From IMG/VR virus record IMGVR_UViG_2737471850_000008, positions 1 through 15,840 of that record: 15,840 nucleotides of DNA; one strand, given 5' to 3'. A program made the position numbers and the translations under genes. Under the pieces are notes generated by a model that was not told the DNA's origin, did no database searches, and saw nothing but the letters and a program-made list of their open reading frames with translations. Below are positions 1 to 7,960 of the stretch, piece after piece. This stretch comes from a virus. Lineage: Duplodnaviria > Heunggongvirae > Uroviricota > Caudoviricetes. Numbering within the stretch: the stretch's first letter is position 1; every line of letters starts with the position of its first letter.

Positions 1-678
1 CATACTCCAGTATCGCAATGGTTTATATCTTCATTACCATTTATATTCAATCCGCCTGGCGCTAACATCAATGGTGTATCGCTCCAGATTGCCACATCTG
101 GTGTGTTCTGGACGTTAGTCTGGGAATTACGCCTATACCTTGCAATTCCATTTTTATATCTGATAATGAAAAACATCAAATATAAAGAAGCATTTGTTAT
201 TTTTTTAATGGGATGTGTTTTATTATTCAAGTATTTTATAAACAATGAACAACACCTGAGTTATATAATGTATTTCCTTGCAGGATTTCTTGTCGCTACA
301 ATCAAGAGCAACAAGCGCCCATCAGATATAATCTGCGCTTTATTATTATTCGCAGCCATATATTTTACTCGACATGCTTACAACACTACAACTCCGCTTT
401 ATATGTTTATTGTTTTCTACACAATAAAGTGCGGATGTGATTACTTTGGCTTACTTACATCCCTGCCTGTAACTATGCTGGGAACCTGCAGTTTCTCCCT
501 TTATTTAGTTCATGGGATAACTCAAACAGTATCTAAACATTATTTATATAGTGCAGGAAACTATGTTTGGCAGATTTGTGCAATTATTGCGGCAGGTATC
601 ATTGCGCCGGTTATGTACAAATATGTCGAAAGTCGCAGCATCATACATAAGCGTCCTCAACTTCAGATTGCAAAGTAG
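1..678 (+). CDS. Acyltransferase family 3 membrane protein (OafA/Oac-like polysaccharide O-acetyltransferase), C-terminal part; 5' end lies outside the window
   Basis: Frame 1 is open from base 1 to TAG at 676-678. Contains acyltransferase-3-type motifs FWTLVWELRLY (cf. WSLxVE..FY) and SFSLYLVHG (cf. S-x-x-YLxH) and several hydrophobic TM-like segments. Strongly AT-rich compared with the phage genes. Confidence 0.7.
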   Translation, partial: HTPVSQWFISSLPFIFNPPGANINGVSLQIATSGVFWTLVWELRLYLAIPFLYLIMKNIKYKEAFVIFLMGCVLLFKYFINNEQHLSYIMYFLAGFLVATIKSNKRPSDIICALLLFAAIYFTRHAYNTTTPLYMFIVFYTIKCGCDYFGLLTSLPVTMLGTCSFSLYLVHGITQTVSKHYLYSAGNYVWQICAIIAAGIIAPVMYKYVESRSIIHKRPQLQIAK

Positions 679-685
679 AACATTT

Positions 686-705
686 GCGCCCCTGAACAGG
701 GGCGC
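686..705. terminator. GC-rich hairpin (8-bp perfect stem GCGCCCCT/AGGGGCGC, loop GAAC) just downstream of the acyltransferase stop; candidate terminator
   Basis: Perfect inverted repeat read directly at 686-693 and 698-705. There is no immediate U-tract, so terminator function is uncertain. Confidence 0.4.
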
Positions 706-773
706 TATCCCACCACGCTGTTAAAATTTTGTTTCGTCTTACTTAGCATTTTTAAGTTGCCCATCGGAAAAAC

Positions 774-1038
774 GTCACAACCATCACGCCCCACAAAAAA
801 AACCATTAACCATCTGATTATCATGAATAAATGTTGTGATGGTAAAACCATCACAAAACGTAACGTAAACCGTCACACCCTATAAATTCAGCGAGTTATA
901 AAACAGAGTTGTGATGTTTTAAGGCCGTCACACTGTGATGCTCTTGTGATGCTCTTGTGATGGTTTTCAATATATGAATTTACTTATACATATCATATAG
1001 ATAAATGATATTTTTTAAATCTGTGATGTTTGTGACGG
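774..1038. repeat. Iteron-like cluster: 12 copies of heptamer TGTGA(T/C)G or its complement in 265 bp of AT-rich DNA, in both orientations
   Basis: Copies at 774, 782, 835, 848, 871, 910, 926, 934, 945, 956, 1022, 1031. Perfect palindrome TGTGATGG-TAAAA-CCATCACA at 835-855. Tandem 11-bp unit TGTGATGCTCT at 934-962 (one helical turn apart). Confidence 0.55.
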
Positions 1039-1213
1039 TTTTCCGATGCTCCCCCTAAATTTTTGAAAAAATTAGAAGTGGTCAGAAATCACCCTGATTT
1101 GTTGGTGGTTTTGTATATATCTCTGTTAGTGATTTGAGCATTGGTGCAGTACGTTAATGTAGGTATGGCTATAGTTCAGGCTGTGCAAAGTATTTCAGTT
1201 CCGCATCTCACGG

Positions 1214-1738
1214 TCATTCCGCGCCAGAACACATCAAATAAGGCCTTGTCACTTTCTCCCGCTTACGTGATCCCGCTGCGGCCGTTACGTTAAAAGTCAC
1301 GTACTGGCGAATTATCTGGATCAGCAACTGCGTGTTGTCCGCAATCTGGCTGTCTGTCACGCGAACCAGTATCACGTCCCAGTCAATCCCCGGCTGGCGT
1401 TCCTGCAGCTCAACGTACCCAATTCCCAGCCGTTCAAAGATGTTGATAAACCCCTCAACGGAACCGGCATCCCGCGCATTGACAAAGGCATATGCCACGC
1501 GCTTACGGAACAATGCCAGCGGTTCACCGTCAAAGCGGGTAATATCGCGGTCATACGCCAGCAGGTTCAGTAATGCCGGCGTACACGTCAGCGGATCGAA
1601 CTGATTCACTGGCCACGTAACCCAGCCGTAAACCTCAGTCCAGAACCGCCGCGCCGTTTTCAGCAGCTTCGCCGGCTCGCCTTTGTTCATCCAGGAAGGA
1701 AGCACCATCCCGGCCAGCTTTTTCAGGAACTCACTCAT
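1214..1738 (-). CDS. I: P2 gpI-like baseplate protein (tail protein I family)
   Basis: ATG at 1738 (MSEFLKK...) overlaps the stop of the upstream J-like gene by 8 nt. Segment TCTPALLNLLAYDRDITRFD resembles the recalled gpI motif (TCPANLLPWLAWAFSVDRWD). 174 aa versus about 176 aa for P2 gpI. Identification from memory, not a search. Confidence 0.6.
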   Translation of the reverse strand: MSEFLKKLAGMVLPSWMNKGEPAKLLKTARRFWTEVYGWVTWPVNQFDPLTCTPALLNLLAYDRDITRFDGEPLALFRKRVAYAFVNARDAGSVEGFINIFERLGIGYVELQERQPGIDWDVILVRVTDSQIADNTQLLIQIIRQYVTFNVTAAAGSRKREKVTRPYLMCSGAE

Positions 1739-2639
1739 TTTCAACAACAACCGCAAGCGATTTCAGGCGTGGAACACTCAGTTCGCTGGTGATATCACCC
1801 AGTGAAAAAGACAGTGATTCCGTCTGAGCAAATGTCCTGTGGATCTCCCGCCCCAGCTGAGAAAAGGAAAAACGCGAATATGGCCACGTCTTCCTGACGT
1901 CATAATCAGCATTCTCACGAAAAGCACAGCGGATCATGTTCTCCACCCCGTCCTTCAGGGTTTTCCTGTCCTCATCGCTGAAATTGGCCAGATTTTTGAC
2001 ATAAACTGTGACGGACAGATCATGAAGCGTTTCCGGCATGGGATAGCACTGCATATCATCACCGTGGCCGTGATGCCCCTGCGTGTTGATATAGTCATTG
2101 ACGGCATCCACGAACGGCGAAGAAGCCACCCCGCTGTCCAGCAACAGATACGCGTTGGCGGTACCGGGTCCCCTCGGCGCTTCATGTTCAAAGAAAATCC
2201 GGTCAATACTCAGCCCTGCAACGCCGGCAATCATCGACCGGTAAACGGCGTCAGTGTGGTAATTCCCCACCAGATTGAACTGATTGCGGCAGCGTTCGCG
2301 CAGCTCGTCATCACTTTCTTCATCCGCGCCCGGTACGGTCAGCCAGTTTTCTTCGCTGGCCACGTGGCTGATACCGTCAACGGCAACCGGCAGAATGCGG
2401 TAATATCCCGGCGCAAGGTTATATGCGCCCCCGGTGCCGGTGGCTTTTACCGGCAGTAATGCGCAGGCCGTACCGGAAGCGATCACTACATCCTCACTGG
2501 TGGCCAGCTCATACACGCGACCGTTAATGCGCTCTGTCTGGATACTGCCCCAGCCCGGTGTCCCGCTGTGCCGGGATGAACGCGATCTCGTCCATCTGGC
2601 TGTCAAATCCCTGCATTGCCCGTCTGGGCATGTTCGCAA
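1731..2639 (-). CDS. J: P2 gpJ-like baseplate protein; 5' end anomalous (TTG start in ORF track, Arg/Ser-rich first ~35 codons; possibly frameshifted or truncated)
   Basis: Central region ESDDELRERCRNQF resembles recalled P2 gpJ (ESDTDYRLRIQQAF). Size matches gpJ (302 aa). An ATG-initiated 35-codon ORF in another frame (ATG at 2631, MPRRAMQGFDSQMDEIAF...) overlaps the annotated N-terminus. Stop TGA at 1731-1733. Confidence 0.55.
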   Translation of the reverse strand: MRTCPDGQCRDLTARWTRSRSSRHSGTPGWGSIQTERINGRVYELATSEDVVIASGTACALLPVKATGTGGAYNLAPGYYRILPVAVDGISHVASEENWLTVPGADEESDDELRERCRNQFNLVGNYHTDAVYRSMIAGVAGLSIDRIFFEHEAPRGPGTANAYLLLDSGVASSPFVDAVNDYINTQGHHGHGDDMQCYPMPETLHDLSVTVYVKNLANFSDEDRKTLKDGVENMIRCAFRENADYDVRKTWPYSRFSFSQLGREIHRTFAQTESLSFSLGDITSELSVPRLKSLAVVVENE

Positions 2640-2669
2640 TGAGAAAATCGGTTAATGCCGTTAACTGGC

Positions 2670-3122
2670 TCATATCATGGCCACCGTAATGCGTTTCAGC
2701 CCTTTGATGCGGCGTACTGCCAGTGTGGACTCTGCAATCAGGCTGGAGCGGGTTTCGTCACTTTCCTGCCCCGGATGGCTCTCACGGCGACCAACAGACG
2801 CAAATTCGCCCATCAAATCAGCTTTGGCACGTGCATATACCGCTTTGCGATAACGGGCGCACAACAGATTTTCGCCGTCAATTTCCACGCCCGAAACGTC
2901 CGCCGCGCGCTCATGGCCAGCATTGCGATACCTTGCCGCCACACTGACCAGATCATCATTGATTTCGCCGGCTGCAGTCAGCAGTGCCTGGCGGATGGTG
3001 GCCGCATCAATATCGGCCGGAATGGTGCGCTGGGACTGAAAATCTTTCACGCTCAGGTCAGGCCAGAAGCCATCATTCGTCAGAGTGGCATCGTCAAAAT
3101 CAATTGAAGTTCCGCTGAACAT
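2670..3122 (-). CDS. L: P2 gpL-like head completion/stabilisation protein
   Basis: ATG at 3122 preceded by GGAG (SD); the track ORF starts at an upstream GTG (3161). C-terminal pattern ADVSGVEIDGENLLCARYRKAVYARAKADLMGEF resembles recalled gpL. It follows the M gene as in P2. Confidence 0.75.
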   Translation of the reverse strand: MFSGTSIDFDDATLTNDGFWPDLSVKDFQSQRTIPADIDAATIRQALLTAAGEINDDLVSVAARYRNAGHERAADVSGVEIDGENLLCARYRKAVYARAKADLMGEFASVGRRESHPGQESDETRSSLIAESTLAVRRIKGLKRITVAMI

Positions 3123-3215
3123 CCTGTTTCTCCGGAAAAAAGCGGGCTGGCCGGTTTCCACGGGCGATACGCTTATGCGATCCCCTCCACCGCGCCCGCT
3201 TTCGGGTCGGTAGTC

Positions 3216-3407
3216 TTACTCGCCGCGTTTTGCGGCCTGAATCTCACCTTCTTCAAACCACGCATCAGATGCGCGGCCGTCAGCAGTCTGATAGTGGATC
3301 AGATACTGATTGCAGCTGTTGGTGTACTCCGCACGGGCTTTGATATGCCCCTCTTCGCCGCTAATGGAAACTTCAACAACCTGGCCTAACTCATGCTTAA
3401 ACGACAT
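3216..3407 (-). CDS. Hypothetical 63-aa acidic protein inserted between small terminase and head completion genes
   Basis: ATG at 3407 lies 1 nt after the TGA of gene M (TGATATG coupling) and is preceded by GGGAG. No P2 gene occupies this position. No family recognised. Confidence 0.5.
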   Translation of the reverse strand: MSFKHELGQVVEVSISGEEGHIKARAEYTNSCNQYLIHYQTADGRASDAWFEEGEIQAAKRGE

Positions 3408-3408
3408 A

Positions 3409-4122
3409 TCAAACTCCCGTAGACTCTTTTTTCAGCGCCCGCAGACGCGCAGCAATACGCTGCAACATCGTGCCAACACCACATTTAGGGTCGAATCCCT
3501 TCGCCTGCTCCAGCAGTTCCTTAGCCCGGAGCAATACTTCCCTGTCTTCCGTTGCCGCTGCGCGTGGCTCTCCGTTTTCATCGCGTAGCAGGTGCAGACC
3601 GGCAAACTTCAGGTATTTGGCCTTAATGACCTCATACACATTCCAGTGCTGCGTCACGTTTTCCAGCGTACGGCCAAAATACGGCTCCACATCATGCCCC
3701 TGTACGGCTTCCGCTTCCGCCCAGGACAACACCGTATCCGCCACAAACACCGGGAACGTACTGCCGAACGCGGCCGGGGTTTCCTGCCCCCGCTGGATTG
3801 CCACATCCGCCCAGTCCAGCGCCTGGTCAAACTGGCCTGTATCAAACAGCCAGACGACACACCAGGCAAAAACAGGATTCTGTTGCACACTGTCACCTTC
3901 CAGCCAGGATTGCGCGGTTGGCATCCAGCGCGGTAACAGCACATCACGCTTAAATTCCATTCGCTCAGCGCGGCTTTCAATCGCTGCAGCTGCGGCGACA
4001 TCTTTCTCCAGCGCGACAATCTGAATATGCAGGCTGGTTTCCGTGTCCAGAGACTGCTGCTGTCGCAGTAACCGCTCCGCTTCAATTCGTGCGCTGTGGC
4101 GCTGTGCCGGTGACAGTTGCAT
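3409..4122 (-). CDS. M: P2 gpM-like terminase small (endonuclease) subunit
   Basis: 237 aa; ATG with AAGGGGGAT SD; positioned between N and L as in P2; sequence character consistent with the gpM family (from memory). Confidence 0.8.
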   Translation of the reverse strand: MQLSPAQRHSARIEAERLLRQQQSLDTETSLHIQIVALEKDVAAAAAIESRAERMEFKRDVLLPRWMPTAQSWLEGDSVQQNPVFAWCVVWLFDTGQFDQALDWADVAIQRGQETPAAFGSTFPVFVADTVLSWAEAEAVQGHDVEPYFGRTLENVTQHWNVYEVIKAKYLKFAGLHLLRDENGEPRAAATEDREVLLRAKELLEQAKGFDPKCGVGTMLQRIAARLRALKKESTGV

Positions 4123-4132
4123 TAAATCCCCC

Positions 4133-5161
4133 TTACTCGCCTGCCGGAGGCGCGACAGGTGCCCCGATAGCTACCGCACTTTCATCAAACGCGGCGTACA
4201 GTTCCGGATACTCAACCGCATAACCTTCGTTACGCAGGTATTTGTTTTCGTACTGTTTACGGTCTTCCACAAACTCCGCTTTACGCTGACGCGTGCCGCG
4301 CTGGGTGTAGATGTGCAGGTTTGGCAGTGTCGTAACAATCATGCGTTTGCCTGGCATAAACGGCGGTACGTAAGCCGTGCGGCCGGCGATGCTGTCAGAC
4401 AGCAGTTGCGCGGCGATCTTCTCCGTGGGTTTGTCTGCTTTCTGATACAGACGGAACGACTCCGCCGCGACCAGATCAGCGCCGACAAGAACCACCAGGC
4501 GTGGATCATTACGGTACTGTGCCGGGATTTTGGCGTTGATAAGGTCGGAGGCCATTGCATCCAGCGACACGTAATCGCCTTTCCCGTCACCGTCAAGCAC
4601 CACCGCATCAGTGATGATCTGCTGGCCGTCCTTCCACTCTTTGACGATCTGATGCCAGCCCTTGTTCACATCCTCGCCGTTCGGGTTGGTTTCCGCGTTC
4701 GTGGTCTCGGCCACTTTGGTACCGTTAAAGCCGATACGCAGCATATCCAGCGCAAACGCCTGATTGGTGAACTCCTGAACACGCTGGAAAAACTCGTTTT
4801 CATCGCCGGCGTTCGCCCAGACAGAAAGCAACTGCCAGGTGAGTGCGGCGCATGAGTCGGTCTCGACCAGACTGTAATCATTACCACTCACGCCCACTTT
4901 CTTACGGAAGCGGCCATCCAGTACACGCCCGGTATACAGGCCAGAGCTGCCAACCGGAACCACCTGCCCCTGCAGCTGATCGACATCGGCAACGGTGATC
5001 AGATTCAGGAAATCAGACTGCTCCATCAGCGCATTGCGCAGCTGGGTTTCTTTGGGGTCGGTGAGTGCAAACCAGCGTTCGCTGTCGGTCGCCCCGTAGG
5101 ATTCACGCAGCCCGGTGTGATACTGAAGCAGAAACTCACGGGCTTTCGCATTTAATTGCAT
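4133..5161 (-). CDS. N: P2 gpN-like major capsid protein
   Basis: 342 aa; ATG with AAGGA SD; C-terminal region (DPRLVVLVGADL...YVPPFMPGK...) resembles recalled P2 N (DPDLVVIVGRQLL...VPYFPAD); lies in O-N-M order. Confidence 0.85.
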   Translation of the reverse strand: MQLNAKAREFLLQYHTGLRESYGATDSERWFALTDPKETQLRNALMEQSDFLNLITVADVDQLQGQVVPVGSSGLYTGRVLDGRFRKKVGVSGNDYSLVETDSCAALTWQLLSVWANAGDENEFFQRVQEFTNQAFALDMLRIGFNGTKVAETTNAETNPNGEDVNKGWHQIVKEWKDGQQIITDAVVLDGDGKGDYVSLDAMASDLINAKIPAQYRNDPRLVVLVGADLVAAESFRLYQKADKPTEKIAAQLLSDSIAGRTAYVPPFMPGKRMIVTTLPNLHIYTQRGTRQRKAEFVEDRKQYENKYLRNEGYAVEYPELYAAFDESAVAIGAPVAPPAGE

Positions 5162-5195
5162 ATTCTTTTTCCTTAAAGAAAAGTAGTGTTATCCC

Positions 5196-6035
5196 TTACA
5201 GGAAATTGAAGCCTTTTTTGCCCTTGCTGAATTTCTTGTCCGGCAGTTGAGTAACTTTGTTATTCAGCTTGCTGAAGTTTTTCACCAGCTCCGGCAGGTT
5301 CCCCACCAGACGCGCAAAATCTTCGGTGTCCACTACTTCCTTCACGGTGTCCACATCGTCCTGCACATCAGATACCGCTTCTTCCGCCTCACCCAGACGG
5401 GTTTCAATAGCAGATACGCGCTTATCAATGGCATCCAGCGCTTCAGCCAGCGCCTGTAAGGCATCAGACTGTGAAGGTTCCTGCTCCGGGGTCTGCTCCG
5501 GTTCTTCGATACTGAAAAAATGGCGCCAGCCCTTTTTCGCTGTCTTTGACATTCCCTTTTCCTTTTTAAATTCCCTGACTTCATCAAACGCCAGCGGCTT
5601 GTATGGTCCGATGCGTTTTCCCCTGGTGCGGCTGAAACGTAACCGTGTGGTGCTTACCCCGGCCGGACTGTCAGTAATGGCCAGTCCCTCAAGATAGGTT
5701 TTCCCGGTATTTCTGAAATTGCCGTCCGGTGTAAACTCCGGTGATAAAAATAAAAGCTGACCGTCTGCATTTGCCTGTAGCAATGAAATCGCCGGACAGA
5801 GGCGGGCATATAAACGAAGAATACCTTCATCATCCCGCTCGGCTTTTACTTCCAGCACCTCCCCCATATTCCCGAAATTACGGGAATGTTCCGGCCATAA
5901 CAGCGCGGTATACAAAGAGGGGTCATATAATTCAGCGGCATCAAGCAACCATTGTTCTTCAATAAATCGCTTATCAACCGTTTCACCCGCAGTGGCGATA
6001 CAAATCCAGTTTGTTGCCAGTTGTGAACCTGACAT
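5196..6035 (-). CDS. O: P2 gpO-like capsid scaffolding protein/protease
   Basis: ATG at 6035 (MSGSQLATNW...) preceded by GGAGG; the track ORF extends to 6095. N-terminal WICIATAGETVDKRFI...GEVLEVKAE resembles recalled gpO (FFRIGVEGDTCDGRVI...GDVAELKAE). Acidic C-terminal half typical of scaffolds. Confidence 0.8.
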   Translation of the reverse strand: MSGSQLATNWICIATAGETVDKRFIEEQWLLDAAELYDPSLYTALLWPEHSRNFGNMGEVLEVKAERDDEGILRLYARLCPAISLLQANADGQLLFLSPEFTPDGNFRNTGKTYLEGLAITDSPAGVSTTRLRFSRTRGKRIGPYKPLAFDEVREFKKEKGMSKTAKKGWRHFFSIEEPEQTPEQEPSQSDALQALAEALDAIDKRVSAIETRLGEAEEAVSDVQDDVDTVKEVVDTEDFARLVGNLPELVKNFSKLNNKVTQLPDKKFSKGKKGFNFL

Positions 6036-6163
6036 ATTGCCTCCGTTCATGCTGCGGTTTTCAGTATCGCCAATAAAATTAACCGCCGCATTCACTTCAT
6101 TTCGGATATAGGCTATTAGCCGAACACATCAGAAATAAAGCGGGATTTAATATACAAACGCCC
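6036..6163. promoter_or_regulatory. Divergent intergenic region between O and P; expected location of late promoters
   Basis: Position between divergently transcribed head operons, as for P2 PO/PP. No canonical TGT-N12-ACA Ogr box was found by eye, so promoter elements are not defined. Confidence 0.35.
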
Positions 6164-7960
6164 GTGCATAATGTGTGCATGGCTAAATATTCAGAAGAAT
6201 TAAAAGGCGTTGCGCGGGCGCTTTATTTAAAACGCTATACCCCGCAGGAAATTGCCAGCGAACTTAATCTGCCTAACAGACGCATTGTCTATTACTGGGC
6301 GGAGAAATATTGCTGGGCGGAATTACTCAGTCATGAATCCACCGAAGATGCATTAAACCGTCGCATTCAGTCACTGACATTACGTGAAGGGAAATCGGAG
6401 CTGGAGCTGCGGGAGCTGGACAGTCTCGTTTCTCACCTGGTGAAACTACGTGCACAGCACAATAAGCATCAGGAAAAGCTGGCAGAAATTAAACACAGTG
6501 AAAATGATGCGCCGGCGCGTCAGTCCGGTGGCGACGAAAAGCCCCGGAAACGTGGCAAGTACAAAAAGAACGACATCAGCGGACTGACACAGGAAGATTT
6601 TGACCGGTTCGCGCTGGAGCACCTTTTCGGTTACCAGAAACACCTTCGCGCTAATCTTCATCAGCAAATCAGGAACATCCTGAAAAGCCGCCAGATTGGT
6701 GCAACCTGGTATTTCTCAATAGAAGCCTTTGAGAATGCGGTCATGACAGGCGATCCGCAAATCTTCCTGTCCGCATCAAAGGCTCAGGCGGAAGTATTCC
6801 GCAGCTATATCGTCAACATTGCGGAGCAGTATTTCGGCGTGGAGCTGACGGGAAACCCCATCCGCCTCTCCAACGGCGCGGAGATGCGATTCCTGTCCAC
6901 CAACAAGAACACCGCCCAGTCATACAGCGGCCATCTGTACTGCGATGAATATTTCTGGGTACCCAACTTTGCAAAATTAAACGAAGTGGCCAGCGCGATG
7001 GCCACACACGACAAATGGCGAACCACCTACTTTTCCACCCCCAGCAGCAAAACGCACCAGGCGTACCCGTTCTGGACTGGTGAAGAATGGAAGCGCGGTG
7101 ACAAAAAACGCGCGCGCGTACAATTTCCCACGGAGAAGGAGCTGCGCGACGGTGGACGGTTATGTCCTGATGGGCAGTGGCGCTACATCATCACAATGGA
7201 AGACGCGATCGCAGGCGGGTTTAATCTCGCCAGCATCGGGAAGCTGCGCAACCGCTACAACCGCGACACTTTCAACATGCTGTATATGTGCGTGTTCGTG
7301 GACAGCAAGGACAGCGTATTTTCGTTCTCTCACGTAGAACGCTGCTGTGTAGATCCGGATATCTGGGAGGATCATGACGAAAACCTGCCCCGGCCGTTCG
7401 GCAACCGTGAAGTGTGGGCGGGTTATGACCCGGCTCGCAGCGGAGACACCTCCACCTTCGTGATCATCGCGCCGCCGATAGTGGCCGGCGAAAAATTTCG
7501 GGTACTGCGTGTATTCCACTGGCAGGGGATGAACTGGAAGTGGCAGGCGGCACAGATTAAGAAGCTGTTTGGCCAGTACAACATGACCTACATCGGCATT
7601 GATATCACTGGACTGGGTAGCGGTGTCTTTGAAGACGTTCAGCACTTTGCCATGCGTCAGGCAGTGGCGATCCGCTACGGCGTCGAGACCAAAAATCGTC
7701 TGGTGATGAAGATGATCGACGTTATCGAAGACGGCCGCGTGGAATGGGATAAGGAGAAGACCGAAATCGCCGCCAGCTTTATGACCATCCGCCGTACGTC
7801 CACGGCCAGCGGCAACGCAATGACTTTCGTCGCCGATCGCACAGCAGAAACAGGACACGCAGACAGTTTCTGGGCTATCGCCCATGCCATTGACAACGAG
7901 CCATTAAACTTTGAAAACCAGCGAAAATCACGCTGGGGTAACTTAGGGAAAGCAGCATGA
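6164..7960 (+). CDS. P: P2 gpP-like terminase large (ATPase) subunit
   Basis: About 593-598 aa; the track start is GTG at 6164 and the first ATG is at 6179 (MAKYSEELKG). Size and position match P2 P. Stop overlaps the Q start (ATGA at 7957-7960). Confidence 0.85.
   Translation: MHNVCMAKYSEELKGVARALYLKRYTPQEIASELNLPNRRIVYYWAEKYCWAELLSHESTEDALNRRIQSLTLREGKSELELRELDSLVSHLVKLRAQHNKHQEKLAEIKHSENDAPARQSGGDEKPRKRGKYKKNDISGLTQEDFDRFALEHLFGYQKHLRANLHQQIRNILKSRQIGATWYFSIEAFENAVMTGDPQIFLSASKAQAEVFRSYIVNIAEQYFGVELTGNPIRLSNGAEMRFLSTNKNTAQSYSGHLYCDEYFWVPNFAKLNEVASAMATHDKWRTTYFSTPSSKTHQAYPFWTGEEWKRGDKKRARVQFPTEKELRDGGRLCPDGQWRYIITMEDAIAGGFNLASIGKLRNRYNRDTFNMLYMCVFVDSKDSVFSFSHVERCCVDPDIWEDHDENLPRPFGNREVWAGYDPARSGDTSTFVIIAPPIVAGEKFRVLRVFHWQGMNWKWQAAQIKKLFGQYNMTYIGIDITGLGSGVFEDVQHFAMRQAVAIRYGVETKNRLVMKMIDVIEDGRVEWDKEKTEIAASFMTIRRTSTASGNAMTFVADRTAETGHADSFWAIAHAIDNEPLNFENQRKSRWGNLGKAA

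Noticed and set aside
835-855. TGTGA...TCACA palindrome resembling a CRP binding site
   Set aside because: The spacing between the TGTGA and TCACA half-sites is 11 bp rather than the 6 bp of the CRP consensus, and the same heptamer recurs 12 times, so it is more likely an iteron or other binding array.
934-962. Short tandem repeats that might suggest a CRISPR array
   Set aside because: Only about 2.6 copies of an 11-bp unit with no spacers of CRISPR length; no cas genes nearby.
1040-1213. Possible small RNA or att core in the non-coding stretch between the iteron cluster and the I gene
   Set aside because: No tRNA-like cloverleaf, no strong promoter-terminator pair, and no duplicated att candidate can be assessed because the other element end is outside the window.
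1839-2459. 206-aa ORF on the + strand, antisense to the J-like gene (and similar long antisense ORFs at 4043-4855, 7160-7885, 7675-8544, 10888-11466, 11292-11834)
   Set aside because: They lie entirely inside well-supported GC-rich phage genes on the opposite strand, have Arg/Ser/Cys/Pro-rich low-complexity translations, and lack SD sequences; typical shadow ORFs of GC-rich coding DNA.
3123-3215. Possible internal terminator or promoter in the 93-bp gap before L
   Set aside because: Only weak 4-5 bp stems (CCCG-AAAG-CGGG; GGAAA...TTTCC) without a convincing stem plus U-tract; insufficient to call.
6036-6178. Expected Ogr-type TGT-N12-ACA dyad upstream of the divergent O and P late promoters
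   Set aside because: No TGT-N12-ACA was found by eye in the O-P intergenic region or its immediate flanks, so no Ogr box is annotated; sites may be divergent or I may have missed an imperfect copy.
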